The notes beneath the pieces are model-generated. The model saw only the letters and a list, made by a program, of their open reading frames with translations, did not search any database and had not been told where the DNA came from. This document shows positions 33,813 to 44,542 of a stretch of DNA of 52,871 nucleotides, one piece after another (positions within the stretch are counted from its first letter, which is position 1; each line of letters opens with the position of its first letter). Source of the stretch: Halocafeteria seosinensis (taxonomy: Eukaryota); assembly GCA_001687465.1 (NCBI GenBank), contig LVLI01000944.1, forward strand, positions 1 through 52,871. The letters are read 5' to 3'. Both the position numbers and the translations under genes were made by a program.

Positions 33813-35582
33813 ATCGTCTAGAGCATGGTCTCCATCAAGGAAAGAAGCGGGCATATCACTTGTCACTACGGCCCTCAAAAACTCGCCACTAAGCTGAACT
33901 TTGCCACCGTTGCGATTGATGCCATCATTATTGAACTGTCGGCACATGTCTTCCTCCACCCTTCGTAGCCTTTGGACCCGATTTTCGCAGTTTTGGATGT
34001 CGCTTGGTCTTCCTACTTTTTCGCATTCTCTTACAATATTCGCGCACGCTCTTCCTCGCACCTTCCGAGGAATGAACACTCCACGAAAGTCAAAAGGGTC
34101 TCATAAGCTTCCTGGGGTTGCTGCGTTGTAGCATGCATCCGATGAATTTCATCGTCGTGTCCTCTCGTCTTAGCTGCTTGCCACTGATTTTACCACCGCG
34201 TAAACGTAGCAGTTACGGTTGACTTATTTCCGTATATCTATTCCCTTCACTCTCTTTGGGACGACTCTGATACTCATCAAAAAATAAATGGAGAGATGAC
34301 TAGCTAGCGCTGCAGTCGACGTACCTAGGGATGGATTCGTTGGAAGTGTATGTTCCAGAGTGTACGGTAACTGTAGTGAGTGCCAGGGAAAAGTTCCTTA
34401 CTGTGGCTTAGGGTTATGATGATGTCATCTTGTTGAAGCGCAATTTACGAGGAGTTCTGCTCTGTTCGTCGAAAAGTTTCTTCCAAGTTTCTTTGGAAAC
34501 AAGGGTTACTGCCCTATCATTGGCCTACTATTACACTATCCGGATATTTCTGTCACACTTTTTACCATATTGGTGCACTATTCACGCAAAAAAAGTGGAC
34601 TACCGGTATTCTATTAAACAGTACCGAAATTGGGACCTTCATTCACTTACCATATGGACATCTACATGCATTCGCACCCACACCATGATACTCCCATTGA
34701 AGATAAAGTCATTTCAAACAATTTCCGTGAACTTGAATGTTGTATAGGCTTTAACAGCGCCATTCCAGTCAACTGGTTCCGCAGCGGAGTCTCTAAAGTC
34801 TGAAGTTAGTTAACTTCACAACTCAGAGCCCGATGGTGGTGGATTTGTTGTGTCGGGGCCATATAGCGTCCATACTAATACATCGTTGGGGAAAATAGAT
34901 ACAAATCACGTCGGTAAAGGGGATCGTTAACTTGAGAAGCTGTATTGTGGCCTCACTATGCGTTCAGATGGTGCGAACTTCAGGTTTTCCAAGGTCCGTC
35001 GAACTATGTCTTTTGACGCCCTAATTGAGTGTACATATGAGAAGAATGCAGCACAGAAGAATCATTCGATGTCATGCATACTACAGAGGGTATACATTGG
35101 TTTCTGCATGTTCAAAAGCAGCACCGTCAGAGGGTCGATCAGAGGAGAAGACTTGGGGGCTTCCGATGTGAAGACTTGGCGACCCCAATTTGGGGTAGTA
35201 GACCACGTGAAGACCGTCATGACAAGTCTCTTTTGGAAGAAGATGGTATTTGAAAGAAGAACTAATAAAAAATAGCTTCTTCCCTCGGAGTTACCCCTCT
35301 TGACACGAATGAGTCTTGTTCCTTCCTTAGGGGGAAGCGAATGAGAGACTCATTCCACGTGCCGAGAGGGCTAAAAGGCATATCGCTTGGGCGATTGATC
35401 CGTTAAAAACGATCCAGCAAGTGGCAGGAGATGAGCATGACCGCTCGCGCAATACCGCAAGAAGCCCCCGCCATGGCTTCCAGAGAGTCAGAACGCGCTA
35501 CAGCAAACGATCGGACTCCCGAGGGATACAACCTACGCAGACTACTGGAACAAACCGAGGCTAGAAACATCTGGGCAAGATG

Positions 35583-36200
35583 TTGCAGATAGTAGCCACA
35601 CGGACCCTGAAAGTGACGCTAAACCCACAGTAGAAAGCGCTGCTGACAGCCTCACAAGCGGACGGAGCAGTTGCCTGACTATACGCAACACCAAGGAAAG
35701 GATCTACACTAACTGACGCCGAGTACATGGTAGCACTGCGCCTACATCTAGGGCCCCCCCAAACTAACCTGTTTACGGAGCGAGATGGACCAATTGACGA
35801 GCTGCTGCATCACGCACTGGGATGCAAATCAAGTTCCAAAGAGAATTGCCCGGGCTCTCGCAGGGAGATGCGGAACTTTCGAAAGCTGACGGCCAAACTA
35901 TCTGTCACGTTGATGCGACAACGTCTAGATGTTGGAGCGGTTTCGGGTAGGGCTCACCCCACACACGGCCTAGTGCAGCATGTAGACTAGACGTCTTCCG
36001 ATAGGAACAACACACACGTTTAACCTCAGCATCCGGTCTTGGTGGCGTCCTGGACACTGCTGACACTCAAAGTGGTGAACTTCTCAGCGCAATGCCCACA
36101 GTCCTCAAGAAGCTGTGATATGTGGCACGCAAAGGGATGGCCACTCTTACACCTTGGGAAACTTCGGCATTTGGTCGGAGATGATGGAATCTAACCTTCA
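35583..36200 (+). mobile_element. Decayed 3' part of a CRE-like (RLE-type) non-LTR retrotransposon
   Basis: One frame from 35583 reads ...NPQ*KALLTASQADGAVA*LYATPRKGSTLTDAEYMVALRLHLG...DELLHHALGC. This matches the CRE-clade pattern RLxSxxxxgAgAWLxaxP...LxdxeFxxALRLRLG...DxxGhHAlxC. In-frame stops at 35631 and 35676 (the latter at the conserved W). A frameshifted GW.../FGIW RLE-like remnant lies at ~36135-36180. Confidence 0.7.
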
Positions 36201-36960
36201 ACTGCGGGCTGGATCAGAGTTTCAGATTTCGGATGTTACACGTTCAATGACTTATATCTTGTTTGTAACTCTCATAGTTTGATGCTCGCTGCCTCCGAAG
36301 TATGTACTTCCACCGTACTTCACACTAAGTCAACAAAACAAGGCAATTCAAGTCAATTTGGTACCAGTCGAGTGTGATACGTGTCCTTTCTCGCGCCTTC
36401 TTGCAAATATCATGCTGCGCGTGCACTGCTTCCAAGTTGGGTTGTACCACGGCCATCCCTAGGCTCGAAGCAACCTGGTGCTTGCCCCGCTGTGATACAC
36501 TCGTACCATCAACCAACGGGTTGTCTGGAATCAGTGGAATGGGGTTTTGCCGCGTGTGCTCATGTGTGCCGAATCAATGCGAATACATACTCACATTCTT
36601 CCAAAATTCTTCCCGTGGTAGTTGCGAATTCCAGAAAGCACACTCGTTGAACTTCAGAGCCCAGCACCGGTTGTGACAGAGTCTTGTCGCTCGTTGCGAC
36701 GACCACCGTGAACGAAGCAGCGGTGTGAAACAAATGTTTGATGGGTATCAACAAATCGTTGGCCCTCTATCAGATCATATGCTATAGTTGCTAGCAGCTA
36801 GTACTGGCACATGATTGTCACGAGAGAATTGTTGGATCATTCTTCCCTGTGACAAATCCCATTAGTCTTATAAACCATGCCTATGAGTGGTTAACCTGTG
36901 TTGTCGTGCGCATATTGCGAGAGTTGGTTACGTTGGAATCCAAAAACACCTAATCCCACC

Positions 36961-39243
36961 ATGGAAAGGGTTACTGAAGAGAGGAAGAGGCCTAAGACCT
37001 CCGAAGAGGCGGGATCTCTGTGGCGTAACCGTAGTCGAAAAACCTGGAGCGAGATACTACGGGAACCAACGACGACAAAAGCATCGACTCCTCGAAGTCG
37101 GTCGCCACCACCGCGAGGGCCGCAGCTTCGGACATCTGCACGGTCTGCTAGCCGCTTAAAGAAGAGTGCAGAAGATGAAGAAAGGAAAAAAGAGGATGGA
37201 ATTAAAGCAAACACATATCATAGAAGCAGAACCGGAAAGTCGTCTTTTACTCAACAACCGTCGCCAAGTCCGAAGGACGGTAAGCGAGCATCGTCCCCAC
37301 ACAGCACCGTCAGTACCAGCACTAGTGCACGTCATATTCAAGAGCCAGAGTTGGAACGCAGTTCATTCAATTATCCGAGCAGATCTCAAAGTCAGCGTGA
37401 TTCACCGGTGGGCTCAGTGGAAAGCAAGGGGGAATCAGCACTGCCCCCTGCTGGGACATTCTCGTACAATCCCAGATCAGGCATATACAAGCAGTATCGT
37501 CAACGACAGCAGGACACGCTCTGGCACACTCCCACAGATAGCGATCATCAACACCGTGAAACGCTGGCTTTAGTACGCTCGCTTACTCATGAGCTATCAG
37601 AATCAAAACAACACATTGAGCATTGGGGTCATCTGCTCCGACAGAAACTTCAGAAACTGGTTTTAGCCAGGGGCAGGGAAGAACGGTTAAAGTCTCAAAT
37701 TGATTTGGAAAGACGAAGGGCTCGCCAGCTCACTCAGACTCTACGACGTACTTTAGAGCACGCGGAGGCTCAACGAGGGAAGAGTGGAGATGACCATGAA
37801 AGCAGTCTTTTTGAGCGAGCCTTCCAACGGGCTAGCAATACCTTGAATAAGCCCAAGTACTCCGATAAGGCCTTCGAGAGTTTGAAAGAAAGAGAATCTA
37901 GCATAGAGAGACGCATCAAGGAGGTTCAGACGAATCTGGAGCAAGTGGCCAGTGCGGAAAAGGAAATGAACACCTTGCCGAAGACACCTGCTAACACGGA
38001 AAAGGCTCCAGCAGAGACTGTTGACAAAAAAGTTGTCCAATATTTGTCTTCTCCAGAAGCTTTGGCTCAAGAGCATTCTGCCGTTTTCGGCGACGAGGAA
38101 CGGTCGAGCGCTCGACCACCACCGTTAGACATCCCAACTGGGAGTACCAATGCAATTGAAGAAGATGAATACGGAGAGTCTTCATCAGCGCAGGGCAATA
38201 GCCCAAGCAATAATTTCCAAACAACAGATGCTCAAGTGACTATTAGCGATGAACAGAATGCCACATCTTTCCAGTACAATGATGGGGAACGCGCTATGCC
38301 TGGTAAGGGTGCTGATCGACAGCAGCATCCGGTAACATCCACGGAAGGAAACCTCGAGGCTCTTCCGTCTTCCGAGGAGTCCGCAAACTATTCAGCAACC
38401 GCGGCAGCTGTTTCTCCCACTATGGCTGTAAAATCACCGACAAAAAAGAGAGGGATAGGTTCAGGGAATCCGACGAGATACTCTTTGTATCAACATACAG
38501 CAAGCTCCCTCCGCCGTACTAACGAAGGGGAGTCGTTGCGAAGAGAACGGCAAAAAGGCACTCGTTCAGCCCGTAGCTCCAGTCCAAGAGGCAGGCGTCC
38601 CAGAAGAATGTCGCCGGCCAGCTCAGCTACCAGCAGATCTGGCACACGGAGTAGGTCAAGCCGTTCACGATCACCTTCGGGATCTGTCAGGTCTGACAGA
38701 CTGTCTAAACAAACTGGTAGTTTGTGGGACCAGTTGAGTGAGATGAAGGTCGCCGACGTACTACGGAGTCCACGTGCTGCGGACTTGCTTCTGAGGACAC
38801 TGACTCTCCTCCAAAACAAGCAAGGTTCGTCCGAGGTGTCTGAATCACCACCGAGTGAACTAGTTCGCAAAGCAGTAACGACGTCCCGCGAGCAATCTGA
38901 CGAGCGGAGTTGGGAAAATGATGAGAGTGTTGTTGAAGCGCCAGCTGCTAGTCGCGTAAAAGGGGGTAGCTCTTCACAGGGATTTGTTCCGACTGTTGCA
39001 GGGAATCGCTACTTTCCGGCTAACCAGCGCACTAATGGACACGTAGACAACGCTAGCCATGGTGATTATGGAAAGGTCTCAGAAACCACACGTGACGTCA
39101 GTGTGGACCGACGACGTGTACACGCTTCCGCGAAAAACAATGCAAATCACAACTATGGTCGGAGGCGAATAGAACGCACGGAAAGTGGGCCTGTAAAAGG
39201 TGTCGATGACATTTTGAATTCGATACAGAGTATTCTGCAATAA
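36961..39243 (+). CDS. Hypothetical Ser/Arg-rich, largely disordered protein with a central coiled coil
   Basis: Uninterrupted ~760-codon ORF from ATG 36961 with a helical, heptad-like segment (LVRSLTHELSESK...IERRIKEVQTNLEQV). No recognisable family. Confidence 0.75.
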   Translation: MERVTEERKRPKTSEEAGSLWRNRSRKTWSEILREPTTTKASTPRSRSPPPRGPQLRTSARSASRLKKSAEDEERKKEDGIKANTYHRSRTGKSSFTQQPSPSPKDGKRASSPHSTVSTSTSARHIQEPELERSSFNYPSRSQSQRDSPVGSVESKGESALPPAGTFSYNPRSGIYKQYRQRQQDTLWHTPTDSDHQHRETLALVRSLTHELSESKQHIEHWGHLLRQKLQKLVLARGREERLKSQIDLERRRARQLTQTLRRTLEHAEAQRGKSGDDHESSLFERAFQRASNTLNKPKYSDKAFESLKERESSIERRIKEVQTNLEQVASAEKEMNTLPKTPANTEKAPAETVDKKVVQYLSSPEALAQEHSAVFGDEERSSARPPPLDIPTGSTNAIEEDEYGESSSAQGNSPSNNFQTTDAQVTISDEQNATSFQYNDGERAMPGKGADRQQHPVTSTEGNLEALPSSEESANYSATAAAVSPTMAVKSPTKKRGIGSGNPTRYSLYQHTASSLRRTNEGESLRRERQKGTRSARSSSPRGRRPRRMSPASSATSRSGTRSRSSRSRSPSGSVRSDRLSKQTGSLWDQLSEMKVADVLRSPRAADLLLRTLTLLQNKQGSSEVSESPPSELVRKAVTTSREQSDERSWENDESVVEAPAASRVKGGSSSQGFVPTVAGNRYFPANQRTNGHVDNASHGDYGKVSETTRDVSVDRRRVHASAKNNANHNYGRRRIERTESGPVKGVDDILNSIQSILQ

Positions 39244-39264
39244 GGGGCGCGTGAAGTATTGCAT

Positions 39265-40608
39265 TTAGACTACAGAATCGCCTTGATTGGTTGTTTCTGG
39301 AAACGCGATTACCTCTCCCGAAGCCCCATAAATGTTACCATTTTTCTGCGATTTGCGAGTTCGCGCCGGTCTGCCTGGTTGAGATGGAAACGCCTCTGGG
39401 GACCATCCGTCGTCAAACAGTGATTGATTGCGGTCAAAGTCACCACCGGTTAACCGATGAAAACTTGATACTGCCCAGGTGATTACTAGGGCAGAAATGC
39501 AAAATATTGCGAAGACAATTCCCGGTCCTTGAGCCCCGTGTTGGGACCTGTAATACTCTAGCGTGAAAAACAGTGCTGCGAGCAAGAGCATGGAAGACCC
39601 GAGATGGAAAAAGACCAGCGCTATTTGCCTGGCCGGCTTGAGCGGACCTGCGAGCAAATTCCGGAACCGCTGCTCTGGTTCCGCTCGAGCGAGGATTCGC
39701 CGAAGTTGCACCATATGGTTTTGCACAGTAGCGATGTACTCTTCTTCCGTTTCTTCTTTGCGATTATGAAAAGCGCGTAAAATATGTTGGCCTTCTTGAC
39801 GCCTTCTTTCGTATTCCGCCTCGGGATCTTCAGTGTCTCTGCTAAAAGTATCGCGCTCCCGTTGCTCTAACACAGCACTGAGACCCGAAGCCTCATCTCG
39901 CTCAAGAAACTCCTTAGGGTAGGGAATTCCGAATTCATTTAGTAGAGAAGCATCTATGTGAACGCCCTCCAACATTATTCCACGTAGCCTAGTCAGCTGA
40001 TCCTTAAGGATGTTTTTCATCCACTTGCTGACCCGGGATTGTATCTCATATAGGAGAATTGTACTAACAATGACCTGTTTCAGCGAAGTCGACGTAGATT
40101 TCTTAGAAGATCCTTTACATAGTTTCGAAAGATCTTACAAACATGATTGCCGCTGATACTGTAATGGCGAATATATACTGCATTCCGACGGATGCATCTG
40201 GAGGGAGTTGTCCTTCAATGACGAACACGAATGCAATGGAGCACATTAAAGTGTCCATCAACATCAGTGTTTGAAACTGCGAGATTGTAGACGGTCAAAA
40301 TAGGAACTCGAAGCCACATCATCATCCCCCTCTCTTCTCCACTCACCTTTTGGAACTCTAGCTGCACAGAATCTCTGAGATTCTCCCTGCTTGCCGTTAA
40401 GTGTTCAATGATGATATCCCGCGTGTGTTGAATCACTTGCAGACGTAAAGCTTGTCCGTGGAGATTCCTCTCATGCAGCATAGATACCCCTGAAGAGATA
40501 CATAAATTCACACGAGTCGAGTGTCGGTCCATGTCACGCAAACTTACCATTGCCAACGGCATATTTACCAGCTTCCACAGCAGCTGCAAACGCTCCTGTT
40601 GCATTCAT
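39265..40608 (-). CDS. Four-transmembrane Orai/CRAC-channel-like protein, 4 exons
   Basis: Exons 40608-40548, 40489-40347, 40276-40139 and 40074-39265 give one frame with GT-AG introns. There are four hydrophobic segments, and TM1 ends VFVIEGQL, compared with ORAI1 VAMVEVQL. Confidence 0.65.
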
Positions 40609-40829
40609 CTTACTCCTCCCGTCGATACTATTTATGAGGTTTCGGTGGCTTAAATGATGAAGTACTCGCCGTTAGTGGCTAGCACGACCGATACACTGTC
40701 ACTAGCTTGCACGATTGGACTGTGTGGAAAAGGGAGGAAATTGGATATACAAAAAGGCCAATCAGGCGTATAACATTATACCTCAAACATGAAGACAACT
40801 CAGTTACGCCATCGAAACTATGTTAAAGG

Positions 40830-41420
40830 ACAATGCGTCATGCGATTGAAGTTGACGACCGGTCGCTGCTCAGACTGCAGCTCAGTTCTCCGTGTGTGTC
40901 TGAGCATTTGTATACAACCACATGCTGCGGCCGAAACTGGCAACTTGGTAAGCGAAGGGTGGTCGAACCCGCATGCTTTTGTTGGGTATGCTGTGGAGAT
41001 TAAGTCAGAGTCCTCAGCAGCCATTCTCAGAGCGGCGCTCTCCTTGCATGCCACACATGTGACATGAGCAGCCGCCCGTGGAATGCGAAATTGGATAAAA
41101 TTCTTCCTCTCGAACAGCAGGCGAACAATGACATCGTTTAACCTTAAGAATCCGAAATGAATGGCAAACACGTGCTCAATACCGGTCATCAATGTGTGTC
41201 AAAACTGAAAACGAGAATACATCTTGCATTATGGTGACATCCTATATCCGATAATCATTGCCAAGGAAAAACACAGCATCAGTGCAGTGAGTGGCTGCCA
41301 GAGAGGCAGGCCAGCGGCACTTGCAGAGTCTCAGCAGACGTTGAAGTTTGGCGCAATTTGCGTAGGTTGTAGTCAGTTGCAACTTGGAGTAGCCGTTGAA
41401 GAAGTTCTGAGACCACTGTA
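40830..41420 (+). mobile_element. Possible highly decayed CRE-like reverse transcriptase fragment
   Basis: YAVEIKSESSAAILRAALSLHATHVT*AAARGMRN and LHYGDI...SISAVSGCQRGRP faintly resemble the RT motifs QfgVG..G.ea....D..NAFN and L.yG...S..G.QQGDP, in the expected order. Stops and frame changes are present. Confidence 0.3.
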
Positions 41421-41618
41421 TTGCTAAACTGGGGTAGAAATCACAAAGTGCTATCAAAATACCTTCCATTACTCGCTCTCCGTTACTTGCTCATATACGT
41501 TTTGTGGAGACAGTAGCATCAGCAGTCCTTTATACAGATCAACGGAGCGTGACCTCTGCTTGCCGTTTTTTTGGTTTTTGCTAACCAGCATATCAAAGTC
41601 GACAACAGAACACTAGCA

Positions 41619-44469
41619 ATGTCAGAAATGGATAGCCCTCAACCAGGGCTGGATAATGTTCCTCCCATTTTGACGGTCGGAGCGCAGTAAGTGTTCACCA
41701 GAGCAGCATGAACGATTGACGCGCCAAATTTCCCGTTATCTTCCTTCATGTTGTGAGCAGTAGAGATACACATGCGAGGCATCCTACTCAATTCGAGTTT
41801 CTCTCTGACAGCAAGGGAGATTTTAGTCCTATTCTCAAAGGGAGAAGACAAGATGCAGAAGGTGCAACTCTGGATGATCTGACCCGGGTAAGCCTTCAGC
41901 TCCACCTTGGATAGACGTACTCACGTGTTTCATGCTGGTTTCATCGACAGAGACTAAAAACGTCCAAGATTGAGAGTCAAAATGATCCAGCGGTAAGAAA
42001 AGTCGAGAATCTTGATCATCGCACGATTGTTACCAACCTCCACTGTGCAGGCTAAGTCCATGGAAGTGAAAGTGCCGCGTTTTGTAGAGCTTGACGGCAT
42101 GGTAAGGTGGTAAATCGGTAACAAGTTTACTCATCAAAGTTTAACTTAGATTAAGAAATTGTGTTACAGAAGTTGACGTTTAGGATGTACTTCCAAGAAG
42201 CTGTCCCCGAGAGTCGCCTTGAACGGAGCCGCTATCGCTTTCTCGTGATGAAGTATCACCTGTTGGACGACACGTTCGAAATGGTGGAGCCTGAGGTACG
42301 TCAAATCAAGACAAGTGATATTTTGAATTCGTTTTAGGGATCATGATGATGACGTTGACAGGTGAAGAACTCCGGGTTACCAGCGGGAAAATTCCTCAAG
42401 AGGATGCAGCACCCAGCAGTAAATCCTGAAGCGTTAAGAGTTGGAGAAGATATCACTATATATGGGCGTACCTACCACATCTGCAGCTGTGATGACTTTA
42501 CCAGGGTATGCTATACAATTTGGCATTCTCGTCTAATTTGGGAACACAGATGTTGTGGAGCTTGTTTTTTCTCCAGGCATTCTATGAGAAACAAGGGCTG
42601 CCGCAAGCTCCGAACGAGGGTGAAGCTGAGGACAACTTCTTTCGCAGTCAGAAGTGTATACTCCAAAATGACCCAGATGCCTATTTTGGTCGTCAGTCGA
42701 ATGCTCTTTCAGAATATACGGAAAGCCGCCTGGGGAAAGAAACATTTAAGCCGAACGTTCTCCATCATCCAGGATGGGAGGGAAAAGTTCTCCGTTTCTT
42801 CGGTATTTGGGACGACACCTCCAAGTTTGGCATGAAGCATTATTATGTGATAACGTACCATTTGGTGGATAGCGAAATCCAAATTACTGAAAAAACCAAG
42901 AGAAATGACTTACAGTTCCCCGTTCTCATAAGGAAACAGGTAGTTCCGAAGAAAATCAATATTCAGAATCCATGCGTTGGAGCAGATACACACTTGGGGA
43001 TCGATGATATTCTAAACTGGAGAGACTTTGCAGTGGGAGATTATGTAGAGATTTACAATCGAAACATTTTTTTGTATGATTGTGATCAGTATACCCAAGA
43101 ATTTTTCCTCAAAGAGATTGGTGTCGATCAAAAGAGTTCAAGTGTGTCGATGGAGGAGCCTGAGAGAGAACGTCAAACCCCCGTTCCACCTCCCCCCACT
43201 GGTTTCGGCAGTGAAGAGGATAGCTTGCAGAGCTGGAAATATCTTATCCCGAAGAAGCCACGAAACGTGAGTGACTAATGAGTGTTAAGTGTGTTGATTG
43301 CTGTGCCCGCAGACCTTAACGCTTTTGCTCTGCAGGATAAAGTGCTACATTCGTCCAGTGACAAAGCCATCAAGTACACGGCAAAGCTTCTCACAAACCA
43401 GCGCAGTGAAGAAGGAAGAGTCTTCCGTATCACATGGTATCTCAACACTCAAACTATGTCAGTGTATGAACCGGTTCAAAGAAATTCTGGTATTGTTGGC
43501 GGAGCGTGGCAGAAACGCGGCAAAACTTTCAATGAAAAAACCGGCGACTACTTCAAAGATGAAGATCTTTACGTTGGAGCAGAGATAATCATCAAACGTC
43601 ATCGATTTATCATAACTGATGTTGACCAAGCCAGTGTACAGCGTTGTGAGGAAGACAGCAGCTCATCTGTAAGTACCATGAGCAAACGCATTGTCTCTTA
43701 CTTTTTAAATCTGTCACATTGCTCTATGCAGACACCTCTCGGGTTCGTCATGGTGAATTTGAAGAAAAAACTGCACGATCAGACTGTATCTCTCCGTAGA
43801 ATGTTCCGAATGTTTGACGTCGATCATTCTCAACGAATTTCTCTCCCGGAGTTCAAGAGGATAATTTCCTATTACGGGATGACTGTAAGCAACGAGGATG
43901 CAGTAATCTTGTTTCGCGCATTTGACAGGAACAAAACCGGTATGATAACCTATCAAGACTTCAACGAAGTATTCACTGATGATCACCAACACGACACCGG
44001 CTCCATTTTAGAGAAAATGGAACGCGCATTGGAACGTGGGCGCAACATGAGTCCTGAGGAACGAGAAGAGTACCAAGCCCAAGCGGAGAAAGCTGCGAAA
44101 ATAGAGAGTGAGCATAGTTATGTGGCACAACTCATGGCAACTGTGGCGAGGGCATTTAGGAACTCTAAAGCGGCCACACTTCTCTATCAAAAGTTTAGAG
44201 AGTTCGACGTTAACAAGGACCACGAGGTGGATAGGAACGAATTTCGAATGGCTTTAGGAGCTAGCACAGTCCATGGTAAGGTTATTCGACATCTGTCATC
44301 GTTAATTTTTATATCGAAATTTCCGCACACAGGCATGTTCAACTTCTCGGAAAAAGACATCAACCTCCTTGAAAACGAATTCTTTGACGAGGGAAGCAAT
44401 ACTATTCGCTACGATGAATTCATGACCAAAATGTCGAAACACGCCGACAGTATTGTACGGACTCAGTAG
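41619..44469 (+). CDS. EFHC1/EFHC2 (Rib72)-family axonemal protein with three DM10 domains and EF-hands, multi-exon
   Basis: DM10-1 LTFRMYFQEAVPESRLE...YHLLDDT...NSGLPAGKFLKR...IYGRTYHICSCDDFTR. DM10-2 VLRFFGIWDD...IYNRNIFLYDCDQYT, then PPPTGFGSEEDSLQS. DM10-3 YEPVQRNSGIVGG. EF-hands DVDHSQRISLPEF, DRNKTGMITYQDF and DVNKDHEVDRNEF. Confidence 0.9.
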
Positions 44470-44542
44470 ATGCATCAATTAACGGCGCATAGTCCCATAC
44501 TCTTTGGTTTGTCTGCACAAATAGACATGGTTGATTCAACAG

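Noticed and set aside
33690..34200. Minus-strand ORF 33690-34079 and a stop-interrupted alternative frame
   Set aside because: It overlaps the methyltransferase antisense and has no recognisable domain. A pseudogene cannot be supported.
35631..35678. In-frame TAG/TGA read as a non-standard genetic code or selenocysteine
   Set aside because: Genuine genes in the window terminate with TGA, TAG and TAA and use TGG for Trp, so these are inactivating mutations.
36325..36760. Minus-strand segment with an intron-like GTGAGT...CAG joining two short ORFs
   Set aside because: No clear start codon or homology, so it may be chance.
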